A stretch of DNA of 64,000 nucleotides, from the NCBI GenBank assembly GCA_043803405.1, contig JAZDKB010000019.1, positions 160,001-224,000 on the forward strand. The letters are read 5' to 3'. This DNA comes from Spirochaetota bacterium (lineage in GTDB: Bacteria > Spirochaetota > UBA4802 > JAFGDQ01). The notes beneath the pieces are model-generated. The model had not been told where the DNA came from. It searched no databases and saw only the letters and a program-made list of their open reading frames with translations. Of the stretch, positions 8,294-19,569 are shown in pieces (the stretch's first letter is position 1; every line of letters begins with the position of its first letter). A program made the position numbers and the translations under genes.

Positions 8294-10210
8294 TTAAAAT
8301 TTCTTAATAAGCGCCCTTATCTCGTCCCTCATTTTCTCGGCGGCCTCCCACGTTTCCTTTACAAACGGATCGTGAATTGCGTCCGTGTGCGCGTCCTTGT
8401 AATCCGCAATTATTTTTATGCCGCGCACATCGTCCTTCTCCTTTGCTTTCTGCACGTCAAACGCGATCTCCGCCTCCAGCGCTGCAAGCCGCAAAAGATT
8501 ATCCTTAACAGTGCGGCCGGCGAAACCGTTGTCAAGCAAAGTCCTGCGCTGATGCTCCCACACAGGGCTGTCGGTTTCAGCATCGTATATTGCCGCGTTT
8601 ATTTCCTTCCCGTTTGCTTTTATAAGCTCATCGATGCGCTCTTTTAACCCGCGCAGCGAGTAGTATTCAATATATTTTCCATAAGCCCCGATCGCTTTAA
8701 CGCGGCTTTCTTCTGCCATGAAATTTTTCCCAAGGCCGGGAATATCCTTCTCTGTATAAAAATCCTTTATGTCTGATATTTCATTAAGGCGCTTTTTTGC
8801 TTCAGCCATCATGTCGACGATCTCCGGCCTCAGAACGTCGGACACAAAAGCTGTCCTTTTCGCCTTATTGCGCCTTTTGAATTTCGCCTCGTTTCTTTTT
8901 ACTGCGTACGCATTTTCGTAAAGCGCCCACGTGGGCAATATCTCGTTGTAAGCAGGCTGCTCGCAGTCAAAGCGCTGCGACGGGGTATTGATAAGCGAAA
9001 ACGGAAATTCAACGCGCTGCGGAAGCGTTGTAACGCCTGTAGCTATAATGGAGTAGGGCGCATTTGTAAAGTCAGCCGGGAACTTGATGTTCACGCCCAG
9101 GCCGAAGAACGTTCCTTCTCCGCACCATATTTCCTGGTCCGGCGCCTTGGAAGTATGATTCGATCCGATGTTCGCTCCGTAAGCAACGTTTCCTTTTCCT
9201 TCCGGCCATATCGCGGCAATGAGCATTGCCTGGTGATGGAACCCGACAAAGGGCCCGACAAGGCTCGCAGTCACTTCGCCTTCGGCTACACCCGTGTTCG
9301 GGCCAATTATGCTTTGCGTGACCTTGGCGTGACGCTCAGCATGAGAATGTTCTGTGAGTATTGAATCGTCTACAATTGCCATAGATGTGACGCAGCAGCC
9401 CCATTGTATGCACGAGTTTTTAACGTAAGCGCCGTGGCTTATCTCGACAGGCTCTTCAGAGGAGCTGAGGATCGTGCAGTTCTGCACAAGCGTTGCGCCG
9501 TCAATTACGGCTGCTGCTCCAATATAGCAGTCTTCAATCTTAGCAGTATTGCGAATAACGCAATTGCTTTCTATAATGCCAAAGCCTGCGGAGCACGCTT
9601 CAGTATATCTGCTGACGAAATCTTTGTATTCTCCGAGCAATGAAGCATTGCTTCTTTGAGTGCATACAGACTGCGCTATCGGTATTGTCATCTCCGCGAA
9701 CGAGAGCACTCCGCGTCCGCCTGTTTCAATGCCTATCGGGATATCTCTCCCGTTCCCGAAAGCCGATTTGCCCCCGCAAACAAGGCTGCCTGTATAAAAA
9801 ACCACAGAGCCTGCTTTAACAATGTAGTTCGAGACGCATTTCGCTTCCCATATACAGCAGCCGTCCCCTATCTCCGAATCTATTATAGTGCTTTTATAAA
9901 TGCCGGAAGGCAGCGCCGCGGACTCTTCTGCTTTTATTTCTCTTCCGCTGAAGAATCCGAGCACGCATTTTCCTGCGAAGTAATTATCCGAAATGTTTTC
10001 TGTTTTAAATTTGCTGCAGACCAGGATATTCTTCCAGTCTCCGGCGCGGTTTCCCTGGGCTTTGAGCTTTTTTATTTCCTGCGCAGTAAGCAGCCGCACC
10101 CTGTTCCCGAATATCCTGCTTTTAGTTCTGCTTTTATTCACTGAACCGATAGATTTTAAAAATGACGAGGATTCCAGAATTGTATACAGTTCCGCGATAT
10201 GGTTTTCCAT
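8294..10210 (-). CDS. DUF4954-like left-handed beta-helix protein
   Basis: LTAQEI..L..QGN...W N-terminus; hexapeptide-like repeats; GPFVGFHHQ, GANIGSNH. Confidence 0.7.
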   Translation of the reverse strand: MENHIAELYTILESSSFLKSIGSVNKSRTKSRIFGNRVRLLTAQEIKKLKAQGNRAGDWKNILVCSKFKTENISDNYFAGKCVLGFFSGREIKAEESAALPSGIYKSTIIDSEIGDGCCIWEAKCVSNYIVKAGSVVFYTGSLVCGGKSAFGNGRDIPIGIETGGRGVLSFAEMTIPIAQSVCTQRSNASLLGEYKDFVSRYTEACSAGFGIIESNCVIRNTAKIEDCYIGAAAVIDGATLVQNCTILSSSEEPVEISHGAYVKNSCIQWGCCVTSMAIVDDSILTEHSHAERHAKVTQSIIGPNTGVAEGEVTASLVGPFVGFHHQAMLIAAIWPEGKGNVAYGANIGSNHTSKAPDQEIWCGEGTFFGLGVNIKFPADFTNAPYSIIATGVTTLPQRVEFPFSLINTPSQRFDCEQPAYNEILPTWALYENAYAVKRNEAKFKRRNKAKRTAFVSDVLRPEIVDMMAEAKKRLNEISDIKDFYTEKDIPGLGKNFMAEESRVKAIGAYGKYIEYYSLRGLKERIDELIKANGKEINAAIYDAETDSPVWEHQRRTLLDNGFAGRTVKDNLLRLAALEAEIAFDVQKAKEKDDVRGIKIIADYKDAHTDAIHDPFVKETWEAAEKMRDEIRALIKKF

Positions 10211-10301
10211 ATATATTATTCTTTCTAATTGTAATATGCGGTCAGTTTTTTCTGACTTACTCTGAATTTATTATTTAAAGTATATTTTTTTTATATTATA
10301 T

Positions 10302-10751
10302 TTACGGCAGATGCTCCAGATCTTCCAGATCTTTATGCCTGCCGGCAGCTTTTTTATTTTTTTTAAGATCTCTGAGCGAGATGAAATATACCGGAGTGCC
10401 GTCAATGTCAGCCAGTTCCTTACTTGAATAACATTTCTTAAAGTCAACACCCGAAGCGCCTGTTATAATTTCTATTCGTACCGGAGGTTCTCCCATTCTG
10501 ATTATTTTGTCTTTTTGCAGAAACAAATCATTGGAAATTGCTTCAGGCGGCATACCGAAATCACGCAGCACAGATGCAACCTTATCTGCATTGGACGCAC
10601 TCACCTCTATCCAGATATCCATATCTCCGGTGGCTCTCGGATAACCGTAATATCCTACCGCGTAACCGCCTACAAGCAGATATTTAACTTCGTGTGAGAT
10701 CAGTAATTTCAATAGATCTTTGAAGTCTGGATGCAACTCTATCTTTGCCAT
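10302..10751 (-). CDS. Minimal nucleotidyltransferase-fold protein
   Basis: VGGYAV..YG.PRATGDMD motif; KxAAGRHKDLED tail. Confidence 0.8.
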   Translation of the reverse strand: MAKIELHPDFKDLLKLLISHEVKYLLVGGYAVGYYGYPRATGDMDIWIEVSASNADKVASVLRDFGMPPEAISNDLFLQKDKIIRMGEPPVRIEIITGASGVDFKKCYSSKELADIDGTPVYFISLRDLKKNKKAAGRHKDLEDLEHLP

Positions 10752-10890
10752 AAACTAACCTTCTGTTTAATTCAACAGCATTAAGCCTTTCGCTGTGTCC
10801 TTTTGACAGCCAGTATTTTTTTTCTTCTTCTGATTCATCCAGGGAAGCAATTGAAATTATTTTTTTATTAAGCGGTTGAAGATTCTTCAT
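10684..10890 (-). CDS. Small protein overlapping the NTase gene (putative partner)
   Basis: YWL....ERLxAVE..RR motif; overlaps the NTase start by 68 nt. Confidence 0.6.
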   Translation of the reverse strand: MKNLQPLNKKIISIASLDESEEEKKYWLSKGHSERLNAVELNRRLVYGKDRVASRLQRSIEITDLTRS

Positions 10891-11126
10891 TTGAAGTATC
10901 CTTATCATCAATCCGGAAGAGAAATCCTGTAATAGATATTTAAAATAGTATTTTATATTTTATTAAAATGTCAAGTAATTTAAGCAGCAATAGAGTTCGC
11001 TATTATAAGCAGCAGTATCTTACCAAGTTGTTTTTATACCGCCGGTTACTCAACTGAAAAGTTCTTGTAATGAATACAGGAAGCAGGAATAATTGAGATG
11101 CATACATAATAAAAATATTAATACTA

Positions 11127-12548
11127 ATGAAAAAAACTATAAAAGATATTTACTCAAGAATTCTTGATTTTATTAATGAAAATAAACTTATCTCCGGCGG
11201 AGAAAGAATTCTGCTTGCCCTGTCTGCAGGTAAAGACTCAATGATGCTCCTCGACGCTTTTCTCCATCTTAAAGATGAGCTTTCTGTCGACATCGGCATC
11301 TTTCATCTGAATCATCTTATGCGCGGAAAGGAATCGGATGATGACGAGAGCTTCGTTGCAGAAATAGCGGCCGCCAACAGGCTCGAGCTATTTTCGCACA
11401 GGTTCGATTTTCAAACGAACAAACCGCACGGCATCTCCTTCGAAGATTATGCGAGGACAAAGCGGTACGAGCTTCTCTCTGCCGTTTGCAGTGAGAACAA
11501 ATACCATAAAATCGCAACCGCACATAACTGCGACGATAACATAGAGACTATTTTAATGAGGATTTTCAGCGGAACAGGCATTCATGGGCTTGGAGGGATC
11601 GATCCTGTGCGCGGGAACATAATAAGGCCGCTTCTCTTTCTTAAAGCAAAGGAGATATACGAACATTTGAGCGCTAACGGCATTTTATGGAGAGAAGACG
11701 CTTCGAACAGGGACAATAAATATCTCCGCAATTATGTGCGGAATTCGCTTATCCCGGAAATAAATACGCGCTTTGAAAACGCAGGTGAGTCAATTCTGGC
11801 GCTTTCGGGCATTGCAAAGGAATATACTTTGCTGATCGGCGAGCTTTTAAATGAACGCGGTGAATTGTATAAATTTAAAAATAATAGCGCCATTCTGGAT
11901 AAAGATACATATATTAGGAACAAAAAACTCTTTAAATTCGTAATTTCCAAAGCAATGCGGGAAAATTTCGGGGAATTTGTCACAACCGGAATGCTTGAAG
12001 AAATATATAAAAAGGCAGTTACTAAGAAAACCAATCTGAGCCTTTACCGCAACCGGAATCTTATCATAAAAAAAACACTGGATGAGAATAAAAAAAAGAT
12101 TATTGTAATTTCCAGGGATATTGAATATAATATAGATAACGCAGACTGGGAATATAAAATAGACCTGGACTTTAACGGCGAACAAAGCATATATTTAAAA
12201 GAGATAAAAAGAACGCTTTTTTTAAAGCAAGCGGATTATGGATCTTTTTTAAATGAAAAAGAATCCGGGAATAAGGTTTTTATTGCGCTTAACGGAAATG
12301 AAGCAAATATCATTATAAGAAACAGGCGCAAAGGCGATAAGATAAAACTGGAAAACGGGACTAAAAAGATCAAAGAGCTGATGATTGAGTATAAGCTTGA
12401 TGCAGATGTCAAGCATTCCATCCCTATTGCGGCAATCGGCTCCTGTGTCGCAGCTTTTATGCCCGGTATAATTGATGTACCGCCCAACAGGGTCTCGCCC
12501 GATTTTTATGTAAAAAGCGATTCAAAAAAAATACTTGCTATACAATGA
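11127..12548 (+). CDS. tilS: tRNA(Ile)-lysidine synthetase
   Basis: ALSAGKDS PP-loop, TAHNxDD, IRPLL, EDASN, RNYVR; upstream of ftsH. Confidence 0.95.
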   Translation: MKKTIKDIYSRILDFINENKLISGGERILLALSAGKDSMMLLDAFLHLKDELSVDIGIFHLNHLMRGKESDDDESFVAEIAAANRLELFSHRFDFQTNKPHGISFEDYARTKRYELLSAVCSENKYHKIATAHNCDDNIETILMRIFSGTGIHGLGGIDPVRGNIIRPLLFLKAKEIYEHLSANGILWREDASNRDNKYLRNYVRNSLIPEINTRFENAGESILALSGIAKEYTLLIGELLNERGELYKFKNNSAILDKDTYIRNKKLFKFVISKAMRENFGEFVTTGMLEEIYKKAVTKKTNLSLYRNRNLIIKKTLDENKKKIIVISRDIEYNIDNADWEYKIDLDFNGEQSIYLKEIKRTLFLKQADYGSFLNEKESGNKVFIALNGNEANIIIRNRRKGDKIKLENGTKKIKELMIEYKLDADVKHSIPIAAIGSCVAAFMPGIIDVPPNRVSPDFYVKSDSKKILAIQ

Positions 12549-12602
12549 GAAAAATATCAACTGTGTTAATATTTCCCAAAATTTTCAGGAGTGAATAATT
12601 AA

Positions 12603-14516
12603 ATGAATAAAAATGTCAAAAATATAGCATTAGCCTTATTGATTGTCATTTTAATAATGGCAATTTATAAGATGAATGATGTAAATAAACAGAAGGTCGA
12701 ATCCCTTCAATACAGCGATTTTATCAAAAAGGTTTACGATAAAAAGATAAAAGGAGTAAGTATTGTAGGCGGGACTAAAATTAAAGGCCAGTATGTAAAA
12801 GGGGATAAGGTTTTTGTATTCGAGACAGTTATACCGTACAATGACCCCGAATTAATTAAAACTTTAATTGCCAATAATATTGAGATTGAAGGTGAAGAAG
12901 CAGACGAGAACTTTTTTGTGAAAGGGCTGTTGAGCTTTGTGCCGTGGCTTATTTTTCTCGGTTTGATATGGTTTTTGATGATGCGCCAGATTCAGGCTAC
13001 GGGCACAAAGGCAATGTCGTTCGGTAAGAGCAGGGCCAAGATGAGCCCGGAGACAAAGAATAAAGTTACCTTTGCCGATGTTGCGGGCGTTGATGAAGCA
13101 AAAGAAGAGCTTAAAGAGATTATAGACTTTCTTAAGGAGCCGAAGAAATTCGTAGGCATAGGAGCAAAAATACCGAAGGGCGTTCTGCTGATGGGCTCTC
13201 CGGGTACAGGCAAAACTCTGCTTGCGCGCGCTATTGCAGGGGAAGCGGATGTGCCGTTTTTCTCCATAAGCGGATCCGACTTTGTCGAGATGTTTGTCGG
13301 TGTCGGCGCATCGCGCGTGCGAGATCTTTTTGAGCAGGGCAAAAAAAGCGCGCCATGCATCATCTTTATTGATGAGATAGACGCTGTGGGAAGATTGCGC
13401 GGAGCAGGACTCGGCGGCGGTCATGACGAAAGGGAGCAGACGCTTAATCAGCTTCTTGTAGAGATGGACGGATTTGAAACGAATGACGGTGTAATTATTG
13501 TCGCTGCAACGAACAGGCCCGACATCCTTGACCCGGCACTGCTGAGACCTGGCAGGTTCGACAGACAGGTTGTTGTAGATATTCCGGATGTCAGGGGACG
13601 CGAGAAAATACTGGCTGTCCATTCAAAGAAAGTACCGCTTTCCAGGGAAGTAAATCTTAAAATAATCGCACGCGGAACCCCTGGTTTTACGGGAGCGGAT
13701 CTGGCTAACCTGGTAAACGAAGCGGCACTTCTTGCCGCACGCAGAAACAAAAAGAGAGTTTCCATGCCCGAGATGGAGGACGCAAAGGATAAAGTACTCA
13801 TGGGACCGGAAAGAAGGTCTGTGCTTATAACCGATGAGGAAAAAGAAATAATTGCGTTTCACGAATCCGGGCACGCTATACTCGGAAAGCTACTCCGCAG
13901 CGAAGATACGATTCATAAGGTTACTATTATTCCAAGAGGCAGGGCGCTCGGACTCACAATGAATCTCCCGAAAGAAGAAAAGCATCTTCATTCAAAGACT
14001 TACTGGATTAACCAGATCATTCAGCTTTACGGCGGGCATATAATCGAAAAGATTCAGTTTAATGATGTCACCACGGGGTCAAGCAATGATCTTGAGAGGG
14101 CGACTGACATAGCAAGAAGAATGGTTTGCGAATGGGGCATGAGCGAGAACATGGGATCGCTCACATTCGGCAAGAAGAACGAACAGATTTTTTTAGGCAG
14201 GGAAATTTCCCAGCATAGGGATTACAGCGAGGCGACAGCGGAGCTTATTGATAAGGAAGTTAAATCTATACTTAGCGAATGTGAAGGTAAAGCGAGAAGT
14301 CTCATTCTGGAAAATAAAGACAAAGTCGAAAAAATCGCAAGGTATTTAATAGAACGTGAAAGCCTGAACGAGCAGGAAATTAATATGATAATGAATAATG
14401 AGGAGCTGCCGGCATTACAGCTTACGGACAAGGCAAGGGCAGCCAGGATCGAGAAAGATAAAAAGAACGATTCAAAGACAGTTGAAGATAAAAAGTTGCG
14501 TCCTGCTGAGTTATAG
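12603..14516 (+). CDS. ftsH: ATP-dependent zinc metalloprotease FtsH
   Basis: 2 [22 protein letters not shown] zinc motif. Confidence 0.98.
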   Translation: MNKNVKNIALALLIVILIMAIYKMNDVNKQKVESLQYSDFIKKVYDKKIKGVSIVGGTKIKGQYVKGDKVFVFETVIPYNDPELIKTLIANNIEIEGEEADENFFVKGLLSFVPWLIFLGLIWFLMMRQIQATGTKAMSFGKSRAKMSPETKNKVTFADVAGVDEAKEELKEIIDFLKEPKKFVGIGAKIPKGVLLMGSPGTGKTLLARAIAGEADVPFFSISGSDFVEMFVGVGASRVRDLFEQGKKSAPCIIFIDEIDAVGRLRGAGLGGGHDEREQTLNQLLVEMDGFETNDGVIIVAATNRPDILDPALLRPGRFDRQVVVDIPDVRGREKILAVHSKKVPLSREVNLKIIARGTPGFTGADLANLVNEAALLAARRNKKRVSMPEMEDAKDKVLMGPERRSVLITDEEKEIIAFHESGHAILGKLLRSEDTIHKVTIIPRGRALGLTMNLPKEEKHLHSKTYWINQIIQLYGGHIIEKIQFNDVTTGSSNDLERATDIARRMVCEWGMSENMGSLTFGKKNEQIFLGREISQHRDYSEATAELIDKEVKSILSECEGKARSLILENKDKVEKIARYLIERESLNEQEINMIMNNEELPALQLTDKARAARIEKDKKNDSKTVEDKKLRPAEL

Positions 14517-14567
14517 AGTATAATTTCAAGTTGACTTGCTTTTTGAACTATTAACTACAGCCAAATC

Positions 14568-14682
14568 GATAAAGTGATCTAATTTTAATCAATTTCCAGC
14601 CGCTAATGCATACATCCTGTATGAAGCGGCTAGCGGCAACTTCCTGTTGCCTTGAAATTGATTAAAATTAGATCACTTTATC
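14568..14682. repeat. Palindromic MITE/REP-like element: 29-bp perfect IR enclosing two small hairpins
   Basis: GATAAAGTGATCTAATTTTAATCAATTTC (14568-14596) and its exact complement (14654-14682). Confidence 0.85.
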
Positions 14683-14790
14683 AAAGATCTTTACAATTTA
14701 GCATTAAGAAGTCAGCTAAATTAGCCAATTTCTTTAAATGTTTTACGGCACCTGATCAGTCATAAAAAATAATATTAAGGTATTTCATTT

Positions 14791-15843
14791 ATGAAGTATG
14801 ACGATATAGATGATTTGCTTATCAATATTGAAGAAAGTCAGGGACAATTAAAAGCTTCGAAAGAGGAACCGGCAAAGAAAGAATCGCCCAAAAAGCCGGA
14901 AAAACCAGCGGAATCCTCTAATATACATGAGACAACCGATTTATCATTTCTTGAGAATGTAGATTCAAATGATCCGGCTGAAAAGAATAGGGAATTTGAA
15001 GAATCCCTTAAACAGGCTGTTGTCGAAAGCAAGGATGAAGAGCCGGACAAATCCGCAGAAAAAAAACCGGAAGAAAAACCCCGGCCAATAAAAACCGAAA
15101 AACAACCGGCGTTCACCAGTGTCGTGTTTAAAGTAAGAGGCACCAGGTCATGGAATACCCGCGAGCCGTACGTTATTGAAATAAGTGAAGAAAAGCTGGA
15201 CTCGGATTATAAAGATTTAACCAGGACATTTTACTTTATTAAAGAGCAGGATAGTGAACAGGCCGTTCAGAGTGAAATGAAAAGGGCCCTGTTTAAATTT
15301 ATCAGGGGTTCAGGGAAAAATATTACTGATGAATATTCCGCATTTATCGGCAGCAGGCTGTTTTCGCTGGTGGCGGACTGGGGAACCGAATTCGGCTTTC
15401 AGAAAGATATGCTGCATCTGTTCGTCTATCATCTTGGCGTGTTGAGCCTTTATAAAATATTACTGCTGACGTTTCAGTCCGGAAAAACAGGATATTGTTT
15501 TAAAGCCTTGACCGGGAATAATGTGGTAAAATACATACCACAGGAATTCATCAAAGAATTAATTTTAAAATGGCATAATGAAAATATAAACAGCAATGCC
15601 CTCCAATACGATGGAATTATTGAGTACAATGAATTAAAGCGGGTAGTTTCCAAAAAGTACTCGGCCGAATTCGAAAAGATAAACAGCAGGCTTGACGATC
15701 TGATAGCGAAATCAAATTTAAACGTAAGCCCGCCCGACAGGGAACAGATTTTAAAAAGTAAATGGGATGAGTGGTTCGGTAAAATTAATATTTTAATATA
15801 TAACCGGTTTCTCGAACGCACAATATTTAAAATGGTTAAATAG
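14791..15843 (+). CDS. Hypothetical protein with low-complexity charged N-terminus
   Basis: 350-aa ORF; E/K/P-rich first ~110 aa. Confidence 0.75.
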   Translation: MKYDDIDDLLINIEESQGQLKASKEEPAKKESPKKPEKPAESSNIHETTDLSFLENVDSNDPAEKNREFEESLKQAVVESKDEEPDKSAEKKPEEKPRPIKTEKQPAFTSVVFKVRGTRSWNTREPYVIEISEEKLDSDYKDLTRTFYFIKEQDSEQAVQSEMKRALFKFIRGSGKNITDEYSAFIGSRLFSLVADWGTEFGFQKDMLHLFVYHLGVLSLYKILLLTFQSGKTGYCFKALTGNNVVKYIPQEFIKELILKWHNENINSNALQYDGIIEYNELKRVVSKKYSAEFEKINSRLDDLIAKSNLNVSPPDREQILKSKWDEWFGKINILIYNRFLERTIFKMVK

Positions 15844-15847
15844 CCAT

Positions 15848-17944
15848 TTATGATAAAATCGACAGCACTTTTTTTGTCCTTATGCCTGCCAGCAGCGGTG
15901 AAAGCCTGACATCTTTCAGCAAATCGCTTAAATTCTCAATTTTTAATACAGCCGCTTCTGCTTCTTTTTTTGCTTCGAGTATCAGGTCAATATCCGTAAC
16001 AATGTTTGCGAACTCAAAACCTGACGCATAGCCGTGCTGCCTGCTGCCGGTTATATCACCGGCCCCCCTCAGTTTCAGGTCTTTCTCTGCTATCCGGAAC
16101 CCGTCTTCTATTGCTGTCAGTGTTTCTATTCTTGTTTTAGCTTCGGATGAAATATTGTCCGGATACACCAGCGCGCAGAATGACTGATGCCGCCCTCTGC
16201 CGACCCGGCCTCTTAGCTGATGCAGCTGCGAAAGTCCGAATCGCTCCGCGTGTTCTATTACCATTATATTCGCATTCGGAACATCAACTCCGACCTCTAT
16301 TACAGTGGTGGAGACAAGTATGTCGATATCCCCTGATTTAAATTTTTTCATTACGGTGTCTTTTTCACAGGAGGACATTTTCCCGTGAAGCAGTTCAATC
16401 CTCCGGTGGCTGAATACTTCCTTGTGCAATTTGTTGTATTCCTCGACAGCAGACTTTAGATCAATTTTTTCGGATTCCTGGATGATTGGAAGCACAAAGT
16501 AAACCTGCCTTCCCTGTGATATATATTTTTCAACCGAATTGTAAACACCCTCTATACCGGATTCCGGAAACGACATGGTTTTAACAGGAAACCTTCCGCC
16601 CGGTTTTTCTTTAATATACGATATGTCAAGATCGCCGTAAAGAGTAAGCGCAAGGGATCTTGGGATCGGAGTGGCAGTCATTACCAGGAGATCGCATAAT
16701 TGTCCTTTCCCGCGGAGACTAGCTCTCTGGTTGACTCCGAATTTATGCTGTTCATCAATTATTATAAGGCCGAGTTTGTTAAAGACGACTTTTTCCTGAA
16801 ATAAGGCATGTGTGCCGATAACTATATGGATTTCTCCTTTCGATATTTTCTCATATATATTTTTTCTGTCGGCGGCCGAAGTGCTGCCGGTCAGAAGCGC
16901 TATATTAATATCACCGGCAATGAAGTTTTTGTATGTTTCATAATGCTGATTTGCCAGGATTTCGGTTGGAGCCATATACGCGGCCTGGTCACCGCGCCCG
17001 CAGGCAAAAAGAGCTGCTGCTATTGAGACCAGCGTTTTTCCGCTTCCCACATCGCCCTGCAGCAGCCTGTTCATGGGATACGATTTTTCCAGATCAGCTT
17101 TAATTTCGCTGATGCAGGTAAACTGATCTGCTGTTAATTTAAAAGTTAAATCCGATAAAAGTTTTTTACATAATGAATCATCAATTTGTTTTTTTTCAGT
17201 GTGAATCTCTTCGCGATTGTATTTTTTTGAAACAGATAAATAATATTGCAGAAAGAACAGCTCATTAAATGACAGCCTTCTTCTCGCTTTTTCCGCTATT
17301 TCAATAGATTCCGGAAAGTGGATCGAGAAAATCGCTTCCTTTAATGAAAGCATGCCAAGTCTTTCAAGGAGTGCCGGATCAAACGGATCGATAATTAATT
17401 CAATGTCGGCATCGATGATAGTGCGGACAATCCTTCTGAAACCTCTTGAATCAAGTCCTATTCTTTTAAGTTTTTCTGTGGATCTGTAAAGCGGTATTAT
17501 TCTGCCTGTATTAATGGATTTTATCTGGGAGTCTTCATCAATAAAATCGAAATCCGGATGGACAATCTGTTTCTGTTTATAATATTCCACTGTTCCGGAA
17601 AACAATATGTACTCTCCGGGTTTAAAAAGTTTGGAAAAATAGTTAAGCGAATTAAAAAAAATGCCTGCGACAGAATCGCTTCCGTCGTCAATGATTACCT
17701 GAAGGTATTTTCTTTTTTTGCCTGTTATTATTGTTTCGATTATATTCCCGCCAACGGTTACGCTTTCGCCGGCAAAGACATCTTTAATTTGCTTAAAAGA
17801 AGATCTGTCGATATATCTTCTCGGACAGTAATACAACAGATCTTCAACAGTTTCAATTCCGGCTTCGCATTTTAACGCTTCAGCCTTTTTGGGGCCTATG
17901 CCTTTCAGGTACTGTATGCTCTTGTTGAGAAAATGACTGTTCAT
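15848..17944 (-). CDS. recG: ATP-dependent DNA helicase RecG
   Basis: LKGIGPK, QGDVGSGKT, DEQH, MTATPIPR, QLRGRVGR. Confidence 0.97.
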   Translation of the reverse strand: MNSHFLNKSIQYLKGIGPKKAEALKCEAGIETVEDLLYYCPRRYIDRSSFKQIKDVFAGESVTVGGNIIETIITGKKRKYLQVIIDDGSDSVAGIFFNSLNYFSKLFKPGEYILFSGTVEYYKQKQIVHPDFDFIDEDSQIKSINTGRIIPLYRSTEKLKRIGLDSRGFRRIVRTIIDADIELIIDPFDPALLERLGMLSLKEAIFSIHFPESIEIAEKARRRLSFNELFFLQYYLSVSKKYNREEIHTEKKQIDDSLCKKLLSDLTFKLTADQFTCISEIKADLEKSYPMNRLLQGDVGSGKTLVSIAAALFACGRGDQAAYMAPTEILANQHYETYKNFIAGDINIALLTGSTSAADRKNIYEKISKGEIHIVIGTHALFQEKVVFNKLGLIIIDEQHKFGVNQRASLRGKGQLCDLLVMTATPIPRSLALTLYGDLDISYIKEKPGGRFPVKTMSFPESGIEGVYNSVEKYISQGRQVYFVLPIIQESEKIDLKSAVEEYNKLHKEVFSHRRIELLHGKMSSCEKDTVMKKFKSGDIDILVSTTVIEVGVDVPNANIMVIEHAERFGLSQLHQLRGRVGRGRHQSFCALVYPDNISSEAKTRIETLTAIEDGFRIAEKDLKLRGAGDITGSRQHGYASGFEFANIVTDIDLILEAKKEAEAAVLKIENLSDLLKDVRLSPLLAGIRTKKVLSILS

Positions 17945-18186
17945 ATATAGTTGTTTTGTGCATCGAGACAATAATTATTAATTTTCTCGCCGCTAATCAG
18001 ATGATGAGAAAGCTGCTGATTATAATCAGCAGGTTGCTTGCTTTGTATTAAAAATAAAATACAGTAGGTTAGTCAATTATATTTAAATCTTGATTTTATT
18101 TTTTGTTTCTGTTATAATAAGAAATGTGCTAAATTGTTTTTTGCTGCCTAATTCACCCGTTAATTACTTTTCGGAGATTTGAAAAA

Positions 18187-19269
18187 ATGAAAGGTATTAA
18201 TACAATTACAGACAGACGCCTGTTCCAGGATATATTGGGAAAATTCTTTTTTAATAAAAGCTGTTTTTTATATGGTAAAGAAGGCGCGCTGGAAGTTAAA
18301 TTTAATAGATCTTCCGATGGGCTGATCGTGATAAAGATTCCTTTTTTTACGGAAGAGCCGACAAACTGTATCGCATTTACAAGACAGGGTGCTAATATAA
18401 TATTTGTTTATCTGAAGTTATGCGGGAGAAAGGAAGACAATATTTATATTTTTAATCCGGCTAAATTCCAGATCGCGGAAGCGGACAGGAAGGATGAAAG
18501 AAAGTCTCTTATAAAAAATACAAACAGTAAATCCGTTTTATACATAACTAATTTTATTTCGGATAATATTATTAATAAATCGCTTAGCAGCCAGGCAGAA
18601 AAGCTGGACCGTATTAAGGAAATTATTGCGTACGATCATTTAAATGAATATGAATATCTGAAATTATTTTTTTGCAATGAAGAAATGAATGATGCAAGAA
18701 TGAAATATTTTAACAATAGCAGAATACCTATATTTATCCCCAATATACATTCGGAAAATGCAAATGATGAATTACATGAGTATTATAAAAATTACATTTA
18801 TAATAATGATGAATATTTGAAAATTCACAAGGAAATTGTTTCTGAAGTTGCAGTGCCGATATTGTTTGATTCAAAAATACCTTATGGTTACATACAAGTG
18901 AATAAAACCGGTCCCTTGCCTACATCAACGATTTCAGTTATGAAAAGAGTTGCAGCATTAACGGACGATATTACAAAAAAATCTAAATTGTTTTCCGTTT
19001 CCAGCGATAAATTACTTGTCTGGGATATTTCGGAAAAAGGTGTCGGCATAGCATTTAAGAATACAAAATATATTCCTTATTACAGAAGAGACAGCTTTGT
19101 ATCGCTTGATTTGCTTCTTCCAAGATATAAAAAAGCTTCAATACTTGCGGACGTAAGGCATCTGGAAATGCTGGAGAATAAATTAATTAAAGTCGGGTTC
19201 GAGATAAAAGATATGGACACAGCAAGCAGGGATAATTATGAGAAATTTCTCGGCTCAATCAGCGCATAA
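18187..19269 (+). CDS. DUF1577-like PilZ/GAF protein (putative c-di-GMP effector)
   Basis: RKDER (RxxxR); GAF-like SEVAVPI..PYGYIQV; C-terminal DISEKGVG. Confidence 0.65.
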   Translation: MKGINTITDRRLFQDILGKFFFNKSCFLYGKEGALEVKFNRSSDGLIVIKIPFFTEEPTNCIAFTRQGANIIFVYLKLCGRKEDNIYIFNPAKFQIAEADRKDERKSLIKNTNSKSVLYITNFISDNIINKSLSSQAEKLDRIKEIIAYDHLNEYEYLKLFFCNEEMNDARMKYFNNSRIPIFIPNIHSENANDELHEYYKNYIYNNDEYLKIHKEIVSEVAVPILFDSKIPYGYIQVNKTGPLPTSTISVMKRVAALTDDITKKSKLFSVSSDKLLVWDISEKGVGIAFKNTKYIPYYRRDSFVSLDLLLPRYKKASILADVRHLEMLENKLIKVGFEIKDMDTASRDNYEKFLGSISA

Positions 19270-19569
19270 GCGGAAAAATCCCTTAGCCTGATATACCTGA
19301 TTGAAACCCGCCCTCGCAGGCCCCCGGTATTTTATTCCTTCTGATAAATATCTTGATAATTTCAATAGATATAAAAACCATGTCACCGGTAATCATTACC
19401 GTCTTTATACGGATGTCACTGCATACACCCAGCGATGCTTTTGGGGCCGGATGGGAAAGGCAATTCTTCAATATTTTTCCCTTGACTGGATTAGCAGTTG
19501 AAATAATTTTTAATTGAATTTATTATGATTTTCTGAATAAGTTGTTAATATGACTGCCCGGTTATAATA

